64,000 nucleotides of DNA from a bacterium (GCA_016708025.1 JADJGQ010000002.1:838232-902231), one strand, 5' to 3'; counted from the first letter of the stretch, positions 1-10,184 are shown. A program made the numbers and translations. The notes: a model not told the origin generated them from the sequence alone.

Positions 1-72
1 AAGCAGCGACTCGAGGGGAAAGAGTATATAATCCAGGACGGTGACGTTATCCTCTTCCGGTTCAACGTGTAA
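1..72 (+). CDS. ychF: YchF-type ATPase, last 23 codons only (gene begins left of the window)
   Basis: Frame +1 from base 1 reads KQRLEGKEYIIQDGDVILFRFNV, then TAA at 70-72. The GKxYxVxDGDVxxFRFNV ending is the conserved YchF C-terminus. Confidence 0.7.
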   Translation, partial: KQRLEGKEYIIQDGDVILFRFNV

Positions 73-110
73 CGGCGAAGGGAACCGTCTGTGACCTGGC
101 CGGTTCTATG

Positions 111-140
111 GAACATGCCCGGCCGGACTGTTCATTTTTT
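111..140 (+). terminator. Probable rho-independent terminator after ychF
   Basis: GAACA..CC/GG..TGTTC interrupted hairpin (111-133) followed by ATTTTTT (134-140). Confidence 0.45.
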
Positions 141-198
141 GCACTGCCCGCCGATAGTATAAGAGGTAACCAAGGACACTGAACAGCATGGAGATAGA

Positions 199-2586
199 GT
201 GTCGACAGTCATTGACAATATCGCTCGTGGAACCCAGGTAGATAACCAGACCTTGCCGATCCTTCCGCTTCGCGGGACGATCGTTTATCCGTATCTGGTA
301 GTGCCGCTCATGATCCAGCAGGTCGATCAGACCCGGCTGGTTGATGACGCATTGATGCGCGGGTCCCGTATCGGGCTATTCCTCCAGAAAGACGCCAAGA
401 TTGAAAACCCTGGTCCGGACGACCTGCATTCGGTCGGGACCTCAGGGAATATTCTCAAGATGCTTCGCTTCCCGGATGGGACGGTTCGTTTCCTGATGCA
501 GGGGATCAGCCGCATTAAGATCAAGCGATTCACTTCGACCCAGCCATATCTGATGGCCGAGATCGAAGAGATGCCGGAAAGCACGCGCGAAAATGTCCGG
601 ATGGAAGCGTTGCAGCGGAATATCATCGAGCGAGTGAAAACGCTGGTTGAACTGGCGCCGTATCTCAACGAAGAGTTCCATGTGACGGCGATCAATCAGG
701 ATACGCCATCCAAGCTGGTCGATTTCATCTCTTCCAATCTCAATATCGCAATCGAACAGAAACAGTCGTTGCTCGAAGAGCTGGATGTCTATCGCCGGAT
801 GCAGACTCTGCACCAGTCGATCAACAAAGAGATCGAGGTGCTGGAGCTGTCGCAAAAGATCCAGGCGCAGGCGGCAAGTGAATTGGGGAAATCGCAGCGC
901 GACTACATCCTGCGCGAGCAGATGAAGGCGATCCGCCGCGAACTGGGTGATCTCGATGAAAAAGGGGATGTTGAGGAGTTTGAGAAGAAGATAGTAGCAT
1001 CCGGCATGCCGCAACAGGCTGAACAGGCTGCGCGCAAAGAGCTGGAACGTCTGTCGCATATGTCGCCGTCGTCGGCGGAATACACGGTCTCGCGCACCTA
1101 TCTTGACTGGCTGGTCAGTTTGCCGTGGGTGAAGACGAGCAAAGATCTGCTCGACCTGAAGAAAGCGAAAAAGGTGCTCGACGAAGACCACTACAATCTG
1201 GTCAAAGTCAAAGAGCGCATTCTCGAACATCTGGCTGTCCGGAAACTGAAATCTGATATCAAGGGACCGATCCTCTGTTTCGTCGGCCCTCCCGGAGTCG
1301 GCAAGACCTCACTCGGCAAGTCGATCGCCCGTGCGATGGGACGTGAATTTGTTCGTGTGTCGCTCGGCGGCATGCGGGATGAAGCAGAGATTCGCGGACA
1401 TCGGCGAACCTATATCGGTTCACTGCCGGGACGGATAATCCAATCGCTCCGCCGCTGTGGCACCAATAACCCGGTGATCATGCTGGATGAGATAGACAAG
1501 CTCGGTTCAGATTTCCGTGGCGACCCAGCCTCTGCATTGCTCGAAGTGCTGGATCCGGAGCAGAATGATACCTTTACTGATCACTATCTGGATCTTCCGT
1601 TTGATCTCTCCAAGGTGATGTTTATCACCACAGCCAATATGCTGGAGCCGATCCCGCCGGTGTTGCTGGATCGTATGGAAGTGATCACTATTCCGGGGTA
1701 TACCGATCTCGAAAAGCTGATGATCGCACGGCAGCATCTGATTCGCAAGCAGGTTGAGAATCATGGATTGACGGCCGCCGAACTGGTATTCGAAGATAGC
1801 GCCATTCAGGCGTTGATAGATAATTACACGCGCGAGTCGGGTCTCCGCAATCTCGAGCGCGAGATCGCCTCGCTGACACGAAAAGTCGCGCGTAAAGTAG
1901 CATCGGGATACAAAGGGAAAACTACCCTGACCAAAACCGATGTACCAAAACTACTCGGACCGCGGCGTTTCACGCGTGAAGTACTCGCGCGGCATGGGCG
2001 GATCGGGGTTGTCCCGGGACTGGCCTATACTTCGGTGGGCGGCGATGTGTTGTTTATCGAAGCGACCGTCATGCAGGGAAAAAACTCGGTCGTCTTGACC
2101 GGGCATCTGGGGAATGTGATGAAAGAGTCTGCGCAGGCGGCGCTGTCATTCATCCGGACCAATGCGGCTGATCTCGGTTTGCCGCCCGAGGCGTTTGATG
2201 GACGGGATATTCATATCCATGTCCCGGCTGGCGCAACTCCCAAAGATGGACCCTCGGCCGGTATTACGATGGCGGTGGCGTTGGCCTCAATCTTTACTCG
2301 TCGACCGGTGAAAGCCCGTCTGGCGATGACCGGCGAGATCACGTTGCGCGGAGAATTGCTTCCGATCGGCGGCTTAAAAGAGAAGCTACTCGGGGCGGTA
2401 AGGGCCGGTATTGAGACCGTGATACTTCCGGAAGAAAATCGGAAGGATTTGACGGAGATTCCGCCGGATATTCGGAAGAAACTTGAGATAAAGTACTTTT
2501 CGGATGTCCTGGCTGCCATTAAGTTTGCGTTGGATAAGCCGGTAGTGGCTCACCCGAAGAAGCCAACGGCTGGTAAACGCAACTGA
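199..2586 (+). CDS. lon: ATP-dependent Lon protease (LonA)
   Basis: 795-aa ORF with a GTG start 4 nt after GGAGA. It has an N-terminal LON domain, Walker A GPPGVGKTS, Walker B VIMLDEIDK and the protease serine motif PKDGPSAG. Confidence 0.95.
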   Translation: MSTVIDNIARGTQVDNQTLPILPLRGTIVYPYLVVPLMIQQVDQTRLVDDALMRGSRIGLFLQKDAKIENPGPDDLHSVGTSGNILKMLRFPDGTVRFLMQGISRIKIKRFTSTQPYLMAEIEEMPESTRENVRMEALQRNIIERVKTLVELAPYLNEEFHVTAINQDTPSKLVDFISSNLNIAIEQKQSLLEELDVYRRMQTLHQSINKEIEVLELSQKIQAQAASELGKSQRDYILREQMKAIRRELGDLDEKGDVEEFEKKIVASGMPQQAEQAARKELERLSHMSPSSAEYTVSRTYLDWLVSLPWVKTSKDLLDLKKAKKVLDEDHYNLVKVKERILEHLAVRKLKSDIKGPILCFVGPPGVGKTSLGKSIARAMGREFVRVSLGGMRDEAEIRGHRRTYIGSLPGRIIQSLRRCGTNNPVIMLDEIDKLGSDFRGDPASALLEVLDPEQNDTFTDHYLDLPFDLSKVMFITTANMLEPIPPVLLDRMEVITIPGYTDLEKLMIARQHLIRKQVENHGLTAAELVFEDSAIQALIDNYTRESGLRNLEREIASLTRKVARKVASGYKGKTTLTKTDVPKLLGPRRFTREVLARHGRIGVVPGLAYTSVGGDVLFIEATVMQGKNSVVLTGHLGNVMKESAQAALSFIRTNAADLGLPPEAFDGRDIHIHVPAGATPKDGPSAGITMAVALASIFTRRPVKARLAMTGEITLRGELLPIGGLKEKLLGAVRAGIETVILPEENRKDLTEIPPDIRKKLEIKYFSDVLAAIKFALDKPVVAHPKKPTAGKRN

Positions 2587-2599
2587 TCAAGGACACAGC

Positions 2600-4162
2600 A
2601 TGAAATTGGTCACCGCGGCTCAGATGCGAGCCATCGACCGCGAGACGATCGATAAATACGGTATTCCCGGCGCGACTCTCATGGAGACCGCCGGCCGGGG
2701 AATCTCCGACTATATTCTCACCAATCTGATCACTGGCGATCATCATTCGGTCGCCATCTTCTGCGGTAAAGGGAATAATGGCGGCGATGGCCTGGTGGTC
2801 GCCCGGTATCTGCTTGAAGCAGAAATTCCCGTGACGGTCTACATGCTTGGCGCGACCGCCGCGATGACCGAAGATGCCCGTCTCAATTACGACCGTGCTC
2901 TCCGAGTCGGCGTGCCGATGCAGGAAGTCAGCTCGCTCGCCGAACTCCCGGAAACACTCTCTGCAGATATCATTGTCGATGCGATCTTCGGCACCGGATT
3001 CACCGGCACTCCGAATGGTGTGGCGGCGCTGGCGATAGATTATATCAATCGCCAGGGAGAAACCGGTCGCGAGGTAGTCGCAGTGGACCTTCCGTCCGGA
3101 CTCAATGCCGACACCGGGCTGTTTGAAGGCTCCGTCGTGCGAGCAACCCAAACCTGCACACTCGGACTTCCCAAATACGGACTTTATCTTTCGCCGGGCC
3201 GTGAACTGGCTGGCCGTCAGGTAGCGATCATTCCGATCGGAATTCCGGATGAACCGGTTGCGGCCATGGGGCTCCATCTGGATCTCACCACCGAAGATGA
3301 TGTCAAACGCTGGCTTCCCGAACGCAAGCCGGATGGGCATAAGGGAGATTTCGGAAAGCTTTTTGTGCTGGCTGGTTCGACCGGTCTGACTGGTGCGGCC
3401 TGTCTTGCGGCACAATCAGCCATGCGCACCGGCACGGGATTGGTGAAGATCGGTTGTCCCTCGTCGCTTCTACCTATCATCTCCCTCAAAACGACCGAGC
3501 CAACCTCGGTTGCACTTCCCGAAGTAAAACGATACGGTGCGCTGGCTCTCCGGTCGCTCGGTGAGATCAGGCGCTATATGACAGAGCATGACGCGATCGT
3601 GATCGGTCCCGGAATAGGCAAACACCACGAAACCCGCGAGCTGATCCGCCGACTGATAGACAAACTGGAGATCCCCGCGATTCTGGATGCAGACGGGCTG
3701 AACGCCTTTGAGGGGGTTGTTGAACTTCTGGAGATGCGGTCGGGTAACGGGCCATTGGTCATTACACCGCATCCGGGGGAATTCCAGAGGCTGACCAATA
3801 TGGTGGCGCCGCTGGATATCCATGCGAGATCACATATGGCGATCGAGTATGCCAAGCGGATGCGCGTGACACTTGTCCTCAAAGGGAGCCCCACTTTGGT
3901 GGCATCGGAAGAAGGCGCCTGTTATCTCAATCCGACCGGCAATTCAGGTATGGCGACCGGCGGGTCCGGCGATGTGCTGTCAGGAATGATCGGCGCATTG
4001 CTGGCGCAATCGGTAGAACCATTCAAGGCGGCAGTGACGGCTGTTTACCTGCATGGAGCGGCTGGTGATATTGCCGCGGATATGTTGACGGAACGTGCGA
4101 TGATCGCGGGAGACATGATCGACTGCCTCCCGGAAGCATTCATGGCGCTGGAGAAGCGCTAG
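2600..4162 (+). CDS. nnr: Bifunctional NAD(P)H-hydrate repair enzyme (epimerase/ADP-dependent dehydratase)
   Basis: 520-aa ORF with the YjeF_N motif GKGNNGGDG and the C-terminal kinase-fold motif GGSGDVLSG. Confidence 0.9.
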   Translation: MKLVTAAQMRAIDRETIDKYGIPGATLMETAGRGISDYILTNLITGDHHSVAIFCGKGNNGGDGLVVARYLLEAEIPVTVYMLGATAAMTEDARLNYDRALRVGVPMQEVSSLAELPETLSADIIVDAIFGTGFTGTPNGVAALAIDYINRQGETGREVVAVDLPSGLNADTGLFEGSVVRATQTCTLGLPKYGLYLSPGRELAGRQVAIIPIGIPDEPVAAMGLHLDLTTEDDVKRWLPERKPDGHKGDFGKLFVLAGSTGLTGAACLAAQSAMRTGTGLVKIGCPSSLLPIISLKTTEPTSVALPEVKRYGALALRSLGEIRRYMTEHDAIVIGPGIGKHHETRELIRRLIDKLEIPAILDADGLNAFEGVVELLEMRSGNGPLVITPHPGEFQRLTNMVAPLDIHARSHMAIEYAKRMRVTLVLKGSPTLVASEEGACYLNPTGNSGMATGGSGDVLSGMIGALLAQSVEPFKAAVTAVYLHGAAGDIAADMLTERAMIAGDMIDCLPEAFMALEKR

Positions 4163-4800
4163 ATATCGCTACGGTTCGCTCGCTGCCATCCGAAGAGGAA
4201 AGAGATCGAAATTCCAAACGTATTGTTTCCCTCTTTCGCCAGAGTCGCATTTGCTGAGAACGCCATTTTCGATTTTGGACCTGTCGGGTAAGCGACCGCA
4301 AAGTCGATCAGGCCAAATCCATAAGAGTATTCTCCCCGATAACCCATTCCATCGACCTTGGTCATACCGCCGCCGAATGAAGTGACGATCAGTGTTTCTT
4401 TGCCGACCGGGATCTGCAACGGAAGCACAACCCCGCCGGAATACGTCTTTATATCCGATGCGGCGCCGATCTGTCCGAAAAATCCCAGAGAGAGTTCTGA
4501 ATCACCTCTGCCTCGTTTGGCCGGCCAGAAGGTAACACCGAAGCCGCCAAAGAACTTGCCTTCGTCGTTAATTGTCTGAGATCCGGCGGTGATACCAATA
4601 TCGTAAATTCCATTCACCGAATATCCAAACGATGCACTTCCTCCCAGGATATCATCACTCCCCAGATAACCACCCATATTGAAGGCGGCGGCGCTTTCAT
4701 TGCCGAGAATGTACTCTCCCTGGGCAAAGGAGTTCGTTGGGATCACAAAGGCGGACAGAAGTACGAGAAAGGTCGTACGGATCATGATTGACGTTTTCAT
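4159..4800 (-). CDS. Small secreted beta-barrel-like protein, paralog 1 of 3
   Basis: The track ORF 4159..4962 is trimmed to the ATG at 4800 (AAGGA 8 nt upstream). This gives the signal peptide MKTSIMIRTTFLVLLSAFVIPTNSFA/QGEY. The sequence is Gly/aromatic-rich with alternating strand-like stretches. It is tightly packed with the two paralogs upstream. Confidence 0.7.
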   Translation of the reverse strand: MKTSIMIRTTFLVLLSAFVIPTNSFAQGEYILGNESAAAFNMGGYLGSDDILGGSASFGYSVNGIYDIGITAGSQTINDEGKFFGGFGVTFWPAKRGRGDSELSLGFFGQIGAASDIKTYSGGVVLPLQIPVGKETLIVTSFGGGMTKVDGMGYRGEYSYGFGLIDFAVAYPTGPKSKMAFSANATLAKEGNNTFGISISFLFGWQRANRSDI

Positions 4801-4804
4801 ATGG

Positions 4805-5431
4805 TCATTCCTTTCCAAATCGGCCGAAGACGATAGACACCATTCCGCCGGTAGCGCTGGCGTCCTCGACTGCGGTGTGTCCCACAGAAAAAACCAGACA
4901 ACTCCTGGGATGAAGCGGAATTGCCAGACCGAGCCCGAGTGAGAGACTATACAGACGATCACTCTCGCTGTAGTAATACCCGCCCTTCTCGATTCCCCAG
5001 ACAGATCCTAGCGAGAGAGAGGGGAGTAGGAAAGTTTTGCTTTCCGGGATGTTGATCCGTTTTGCCAAGCCGACGGAGACGGTCGATATTCCGTGACCGC
5101 TGGTACCTTCGAACGAACCGGAAAGACCAAGCGATAGCGGGTTGCCGCGACGACCTTCTTTCAACAGCCAGAAAGAGAGTTGGACACCTCCGACACCCTT
5201 ATTCCAGCCACTCTTGTCCTGCCGGCCGTAGTACACTGCCAGATCAGCAATGCCTTTTATAGACGTACCCAAGGCGCCGTAGTAGTTGGTGACCTCGTTT
5301 CCCCCTGCGATGCCGGCCCCTAGCTGCCATCCACTGTTACTTCCCCAGAGATACTCACCTTGGGCGAAGACTGCTCCGGGAATGGCCAGGAGTAGTATGG
5401 CCAGGCAAAGAAATACTCTTGAACGATACAT
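4805..5431 (-). CDS. Small secreted beta-barrel-like protein, paralog 2 of 3
   Basis: 208-aa ORF with AGGAGA 7 nt upstream. Signal peptide MYRSRVFLCLAILLLAIPGAVFA/QGEY. It shares the FAQGEY start and Gly-rich strand pattern with paralog 1. Confidence 0.7.
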   Translation of the reverse strand: MYRSRVFLCLAILLLAIPGAVFAQGEYLWGSNSGWQLGAGIAGGNEVTNYYGALGTSIKGIADLAVYYGRQDKSGWNKGVGGVQLSFWLLKEGRRGNPLSLGLSGSFEGTSGHGISTVSVGLAKRINIPESKTFLLPSLSLGSVWGIEKGGYYYSESDRLYSLSLGLGLAIPLHPRSCLVFSVGHTAVEDASATGGMVSIVFGRFGKE

Positions 5432-5448
5432 AGTCCGATCTCCTGGTA

Positions 5449-6087
5449 TTAGAACATGAAGCCAATGTTGAATCTGGCACTACCGGTTTCACCGTGCTTT
5501 TCCACCTGAGGGAAGATCATGAAATGCGCCTTTCCCGTGCTCGGGAAGAGAATAGCGAGTCCGGCGCGGATCGCAATCTTGGCCTCAACGTCGCTGGAAA
5601 TCGGCTTGGAGTAAAGAACTGTCAGGACCGGGGAGACCGGACTTGACCAATTGCCGATTGCATGGGAGATGGACAGTCCAACCCTGAAGATCCCATCCGG
5701 ATCTTCTGCTCGATCAAAGCTATATACGCCGGCATCGGGGAGCAGAATATCAAACTCTGTTCGGATGGAAAGCGAGATAGGGTCCTTCGATTCCCGATTC
5801 TGTTTGATCACGGAGTAGCCAAAGTAGGTGGTGATCACATGACAGTTGTGGACAGTGGGAGTCAGTCCACCGACAGCGCTGTAACGCCCGCCGGCATCCA
5901 GTCGTCCCTGATGGGAATAGCCGAACTCGACGGACAATCCTTGAACCGAGCCATCACTGCCGAATGCAAAGGCCGGACCGACTGTCACGAGCGAACCGCT
6001 GGAACCATCAGCGAGCGAAACGGATTGGGAATAGGCGGAAGAGGCTCCCACCAGGCAGAGCAGAAACAAGAGGGTTGGACATTTCAC
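5449..6087 (-). CDS. Small secreted beta-barrel-like protein, paralog 3 of 3
   Basis: 212-aa ORF with a GTG start 5 nt after GGGAGG. Signal peptide (M)KCPTLLFLLCLVGASSAYS/Q. It ends in ...NIGFMF, an OMP-type C-terminal aromatic signal. Confidence 0.7.
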   Translation of the reverse strand: MKCPTLLFLLCLVGASSAYSQSVSLADGSSGSLVTVGPAFAFGSDGSVQGLSVEFGYSHQGRLDAGGRYSAVGGLTPTVHNCHVITTYFGYSVIKQNRESKDPISLSIRTEFDILLPDAGVYSFDRAEDPDGIFRVGLSISHAIGNWSSPVSPVLTVLYSKPISSDVEAKIAIRAGLAILFPSTGKAHFMIFPQVEKHGETGSARFNIGFMF

Positions 6088-6096
6088 CGTTACCTC

Positions 6097-6163
6097 CCGG
6101 AAAGCAGTACGATATTTCAGATATCATACTGCTTGATCGGGGATAAGTCAATCCGCTTTCCGG
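6097..6163 (-). promoter_or_regulatory. Sigma-70-like promoter embedded in a 33-bp palindrome between rrf2 and the beta-barrel genes
   Basis: The minus strand reads TTGACT (6151-6146), a 17-nt spacer, then TATGAT (6128-6123). The -10 lies inside AAGCAGTATGATAT-ctgaa-ATATCGTACTGCTT (6134-6102, 13/14 symmetric). An outer 9-bp inverted repeat CCGGAAAGC (6163-6155) / GCTTTCCGG (6105-6097) abuts the GGGAGG Shine-Dalgarno. Confidence 0.55.
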
Positions 6164-6178
6164 AGTAAGAGGAAACGG

Positions 6179-6586
6179 TCAGTTGCGGGAGGCAGCCAGA
6201 TCCTTGAGGGAGAGCTTGCCATAGACCGCTTCGACTGCCACGCGGGCGTCGTTGAGGATGCCGATCGCACTGCGGCAGATCGGCTGCAGTTCGCCATTTT
6301 CAGAACGATCGCCGGTCTCCAACGGACCTTCGATCGCTTCAATGATCTTGAGGAAGCTGATCTCGTGTGAGGGGAGTCGAAGCGTGAAGCCACCCTTTGA
6401 GCCGCGATGGGCATTGACCAGTCGTGCCCGTGTCAATTGACGCATCACCTTCATCGTCGAATCATACGGCAGATTGCATTCACGACAGATCTCGCGAACC
6501 ATAACTGGTCGCTCTGAATTTGCCGCAGCGAGATAGCCAAGCGCAGAGAGTCCGTACATCAACGAGGTACTGAGTTTCAGATCCAT
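6179..6586 (-). CDS. Rrf2-family (IscR/NsrR-like) transcriptional regulator
   Basis: The track ORF is trimmed to MDLKLSTSLMYGLSALGYLA..., the typical Rrf2 N-terminal wHTH. The motif RGSKGGFTLRLP is present. No C-terminal Cys cluster triad is visible. Confidence 0.85.
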   Translation of the reverse strand: MDLKLSTSLMYGLSALGYLAAANSERPVMVREICRECNLPYDSTMKVMRQLTRARLVNAHRGSKGGFTLRLPSHEISFLKIIEAIEGPLETGDRSENGELQPICRSAIGILNDARVAVEAVYGKLSLKDLAASRN

Positions 6587-7168
6587 GCTGTCCGTCCAAT
6601 GTTGTAAATGGTGCCCGTTTTGTCCACCGGTGTTTTCCAACTAGCCCCCGGCCAGACATTGACAAATTCGATTGGATTGAATGTTCATGCCGCTTACCAC
6701 AGCTCTCGGGTGATGGTGATCGAGAAAATGGATATCCGCGGCCAAAAACTGACACATTAAACCATTTCTGTCGTCGCCCTGTCAATGCCTTTTTTGCCCA
6801 CGTTTCGATACAAGTGATAGCGGCACGAGTATTCTCTATACGCTAAAAGTTGGACAGCCAGATAATGTAATCGACATTACTTTATTTCAGATTTCGAAAT
6901 GTCGAGTGACGTGTTTGTGAAACCGATTGCGGCATTGACGTATAATGCAAGCGAGCGTGTACCAAGTTGACAATATAGGTATACGTACTCGCTGTTTTGT
7001 TTCGCGCTGATCATTTATGCGAAAATTATCGGTCGGTCGACTTTAGAGGTCCAATTTTTCACAGACGCAGGAATTGTTTCCACGGACAGGGCAAATCCCA
7101 GGAATTGAATCACTGGAATAGCGGATGATCACAGCTACGACAGGAGAATGTTGTTTGATTTACCGAAT

Positions 7169-7194
7169 AAAAAAAGGCGGCCAGTGGCCGCCTT
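7169..7194 (-). terminator. Rho-independent terminator of secA
   Basis: AAGGCGGCC-agt-GGCCGCCTT 9-bp stem (7174-7194) lies 6 nt past the secA stop. A U-run follows on the minus strand (plus-strand A-run 7169-7175). Confidence 0.8.
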
Positions 7195-7199
7195 TCAGA

Positions 7200-10184
7200 T
7201 CAGACTTCGTCAGCCCCGTGGCATTTTTTGTATTTTTTGCCGGAGCCGCAGGGACAGGGATCATTCCGTCCAACCCTGGCGAGATTGCGCTTGGCCGGTT
7301 GAGTTGATTGAGTCCCGGCCTGTGATGCGGCCGCCATCGGATTGGCGCCACCGGAAGCATCGGCTACCGCCGACTGGGCTTGCGAGGCAAGTCCCATGTT
7401 GGTGGAGTCGGCATGCGTGGCCACCATTGCCGGCTCGCGCCGGGTGGTTCGCGCCTGCTGTGGGACATTCACCTGCAGTTTGTAAACGAGGTTGACGATA
7501 TCGCGGTCGATCTCGACGATCATCTCTTCGAACGTCTTGAACGCTTCGCGTTTGTAGATATCGATCGGCTTTCCCATGCCGCCATGGTAAGCGCGCAGTC
7601 CGATACCGGTGCGAAGTTCATCCATCTCCGCCAGATGATCGCGCCAGTGGCGATCGATCGTCGACAGCACGGCAAACCGCTCAAGCTGTCGCATGATGTC
7701 GCTGCCGTAGGCGGATTCTTTCTGGCGATAGATCCCCATCACCGCATTTTTCAGATGTTCTTTCAGCGATTCACGGTCCAGCTTGACCAGTTCTTCCTGG
7801 CTGACCGTGAACTGCAACAGGAAGATCTTGCGAAGGTCTTCCTGTACTCCCGAGATATTCCAGTTTTCGGGGTATTCTTTCTCGGCGCAGTGGGTGTCGA
7901 TCAGGACATCCAGTACATTGTCGATCAATTCAAGAACTTCATCCTGGATCGACTCGCGTTCGAGCGCCGCGAGACGTCGTTCGTATATCCATTTGCGCTG
8001 GACATTCATGACGTCGTCATATTCCAGCGTATGTTTGCGGATAGCGAAGTTCTGGGTTTCCACTTTCTTCTGGGCCCGTTCGATCGCGCGCGTCACCATG
8101 GGGTGGGTGATCACTTCACCTTCCTTGACCCCGAGGCGATCCATGATGGAGCCAAGCCGGTCGCCGCCAAACAGCCGCATCAGATCGTCTTCAAGGGAGA
8201 GGTAGAAGATGGAAGATCCCGGGTCACCCTGACGTCCCGCACGACCGCGCAACTGCCGGTCGATCCGTCGGGACTCATGACGCTCTGTGCCGATGATATG
8301 GAGGCCGCCGACCTCAGTCACACCCTGGCCGAGCTTGATATCAGTACCGCGGCCGGCCATGTTGGTGGCGATGGTCACACCCTGGCGTCGGCCGGCATCG
8401 GCCACGATCTCCGCTTCTCGCTGGTGCTGTTTGGCGTTGAGGACATTGTGCGGGATCCCCTGGCGCTTGAGCATGCGCGACAAGGTTTCCGAGACCTCGA
8501 CCGAGATCGTACCGACCAGCACCGGCTGACCTTCCTTGTACTTTGCGGTGATCTCTTCGATAATGGCGTTATATTTCTCTCGGCGAGTGCGGAAGATCTG
8601 GTCGTCCTGATCATCGCGAATACACTCCTGATTAGTCGGAATAACGGCGACATCGAGCTTGTAGATCTCCCAGAATTCGCCGGCCTCAGTTTCTGCGGTA
8701 CCGGTCATACCGGCCAGCTTTTCGTACATGCGGAAATAGTTCTGGAGAGTGATCGTGGCGAGCGTCTGCGTCTCGGCCTCGATCCGAACTCCCTCTTTGG
8801 CCTCGATCGCCTGGTGCAGGCCGTCGGAGTACCGGCGTCCCGGAAGGATACGGCCGGTGAACTCATCGACGATCATCACCTTATCGTCCTGGATCACATA
8901 CTCGACATCTTTTTCATACAGGGAGTATGCCCGCAGGAGCTGGTTGATGGCGTGGACTTTCTCTGAACGCTCGGCATGCAGTCGATAGTACTCGTCGGTC
9001 TTGGTTTTTCGCTCTTCCGGAGTCAGCCCCTCGTTACCGTCAAGTTCCGACAACAGGGTAGAGAGATCGGGGATCTCGAACAGCTTCTGAACATCGGTAG
9101 GGAATTGCGCATTCCCTTTGTCGGTGAGGGCGATAGAGTGCTCGCGCTCATCGATAAAGAAATAAAGTCGGTCATCGATCTCATGCAGTTTTTTATCGCG
9201 CATGTAGGCCGACTCGACATCGGTGATCAGCCGCTTCATCCCCTGTTCTTTGACCAGTTTAAGCAGTCGCTTGTTTTTCGGCGCGCCGCGCTGGGCTGCT
9301 AATAGAAGGCTGCCCGCCTCGAACTCGTTTTCCGCCTTCCCTTCCTGGATCATCGTCTCCGCCTGGGCGATCATGTCGTTGATCAACTGCGTCTGCTTGC
9401 GGACCAGGGTATCGACGGTCGATTTCATTTCCCGGTAACGGTCATGGACATTGGATTCCTCGACGATTCCCGAGATGATGAGCGGTGTGCGGGCCTCATC
9501 AACCAGGATCGAGTCAACCTCGTCGATAATCGCATAGTTGAAGTTGCGATGGACACGGTCTTCGGCGCGTTGCGCCATATTGTCACGAAGGTAGTCGAAG
9601 CCGAATTCGTTGGCGGTGCCGAAGGTGATATCTTTAGCGTATTGTTCGCGCCGCTCGAGGTTGTTCATCTGGTTTTGGATGACGCCAACTGTCAGGCCGA
9701 GGAATTCGTAGATCTTACCCATCCACTCGCGGTCGCGCATCGCCAGGTAATCGTTAACGGTGACGATATGCACGCCTTTGCCGGAAAGGGCGTTGAGGTA
9801 GGTCGGCAGGGTCGCCACCAGCGTTTTACCTTCACCCGTCGCCATTTCGGCGATCTTCCCCTGATGCAGTACCATGCCACCCATTAACTGGACATCGAAA
9901 TGGACCATATTCCAGGTGGCGGATTGTCCGACCACGTTCCAGGCATGTCCGACATGCCGGCGGCATGCCTCTTTGACCAGGGCAAAGGCCTCGGTAGCGA
10001 TCTCATCGAGCGTTTCGCCAGCGGCTACGCGACTCCGGAATTCGTCGGTTTTCGCCCGCAACTCGTCGTCGGAGAGCTTCTCGTACTCGGCAAAAAAGTC
10101 ATTTATTTCATCCACGTAGGGGCGAAGTCGCTTGGCGTCCCGTTCGTGCTTGGTACCGAAAAGTTTGGTCAGAAAATTCTTCAT
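7200..10184 (-). CDS. secA: Preprotein translocase ATPase SecA
   Basis: 994-aa ORF with DEAD-motor motifs ([27 protein letters not shown]) and the C-terminal zinc finger [14 protein letters not shown]. Confidence 0.97.
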   Translation of the reverse strand: MKNFLTKLFGTKHERDAKRLRPYVDEINDFFAEYEKLSDDELRAKTDEFRSRVAAGETLDEIATEAFALVKEACRRHVGHAWNVVGQSATWNMVHFDVQLMGGMVLHQGKIAEMATGEGKTLVATLPTYLNALSGKGVHIVTVNDYLAMRDREWMGKIYEFLGLTVGVIQNQMNNLERREQYAKDITFGTANEFGFDYLRDNMAQRAEDRVHRNFNYAIIDEVDSILVDEARTPLIISGIVEESNVHDRYREMKSTVDTLVRKQTQLINDMIAQAETMIQEGKAENEFEAGSLLLAAQRGAPKNKRLLKLVKEQGMKRLITDVESAYMRDKKLHEIDDRLYFFIDEREHSIALTDKGNAQFPTDVQKLFEIPDLSTLLSELDGNEGLTPEERKTKTDEYYRLHAERSEKVHAINQLLRAYSLYEKDVEYVIQDDKVMIVDEFTGRILPGRRYSDGLHQAIEAKEGVRIEAETQTLATITLQNYFRMYEKLAGMTGTAETEAGEFWEIYKLDVAVIPTNQECIRDDQDDQIFRTRREKYNAIIEEITAKYKEGQPVLVGTISVEVSETLSRMLKRQGIPHNVLNAKQHQREAEIVADAGRRQGVTIATNMAGRGTDIKLGQGVTEVGGLHIIGTERHESRRIDRQLRGRAGRQGDPGSSIFYLSLEDDLMRLFGGDRLGSIMDRLGVKEGEVITHPMVTRAIERAQKKVETQNFAIRKHTLEYDDVMNVQRKWIYERRLAALERESIQDEVLELIDNVLDVLIDTHCAEKEYPENWNISGVQEDLRKIFLLQFTVSQEELVKLDRESLKEHLKNAVMGIYRQKESAYGSDIMRQLERFAVLSTIDRHWRDHLAEMDELRTGIGLRAYHGGMGKPIDIYKREAFKTFEEMIVEIDRDIVNLVYKLQVNVPQQARTTRREPAMVATHADSTNMGLASQAQSAVADASGGANPMAAASQAGTQSTQPAKRNLARVGRNDPCPCGSGKKYKKCHGADEV

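Noticed and set aside
6935-6946. TTGACG immediately followed by a perfect TATAAT.
   Set aside because: The two hexamers are adjacent with no 16-18 nt spacer, and no acceptable -35 lies upstream of the TATAAT, so this is not a functional promoter as written.
7380-8966. 528-aa ORF on the plus strand opposite secA, along with similar long antisense ORFs at 22623..23441, 41588..42409, 15621..16343, 44859..45476, 48270..48953, 53634..54335, 55528..56304, 59807..60466 and 61154..61813.
   Set aside because: Each lies fully inside a gene with strong family motifs on the other strand. Their translations are Arg/His/Asp-rich with no recognisable motifs. They are typical stop-poor shadow frames of GC-rich coding DNA.
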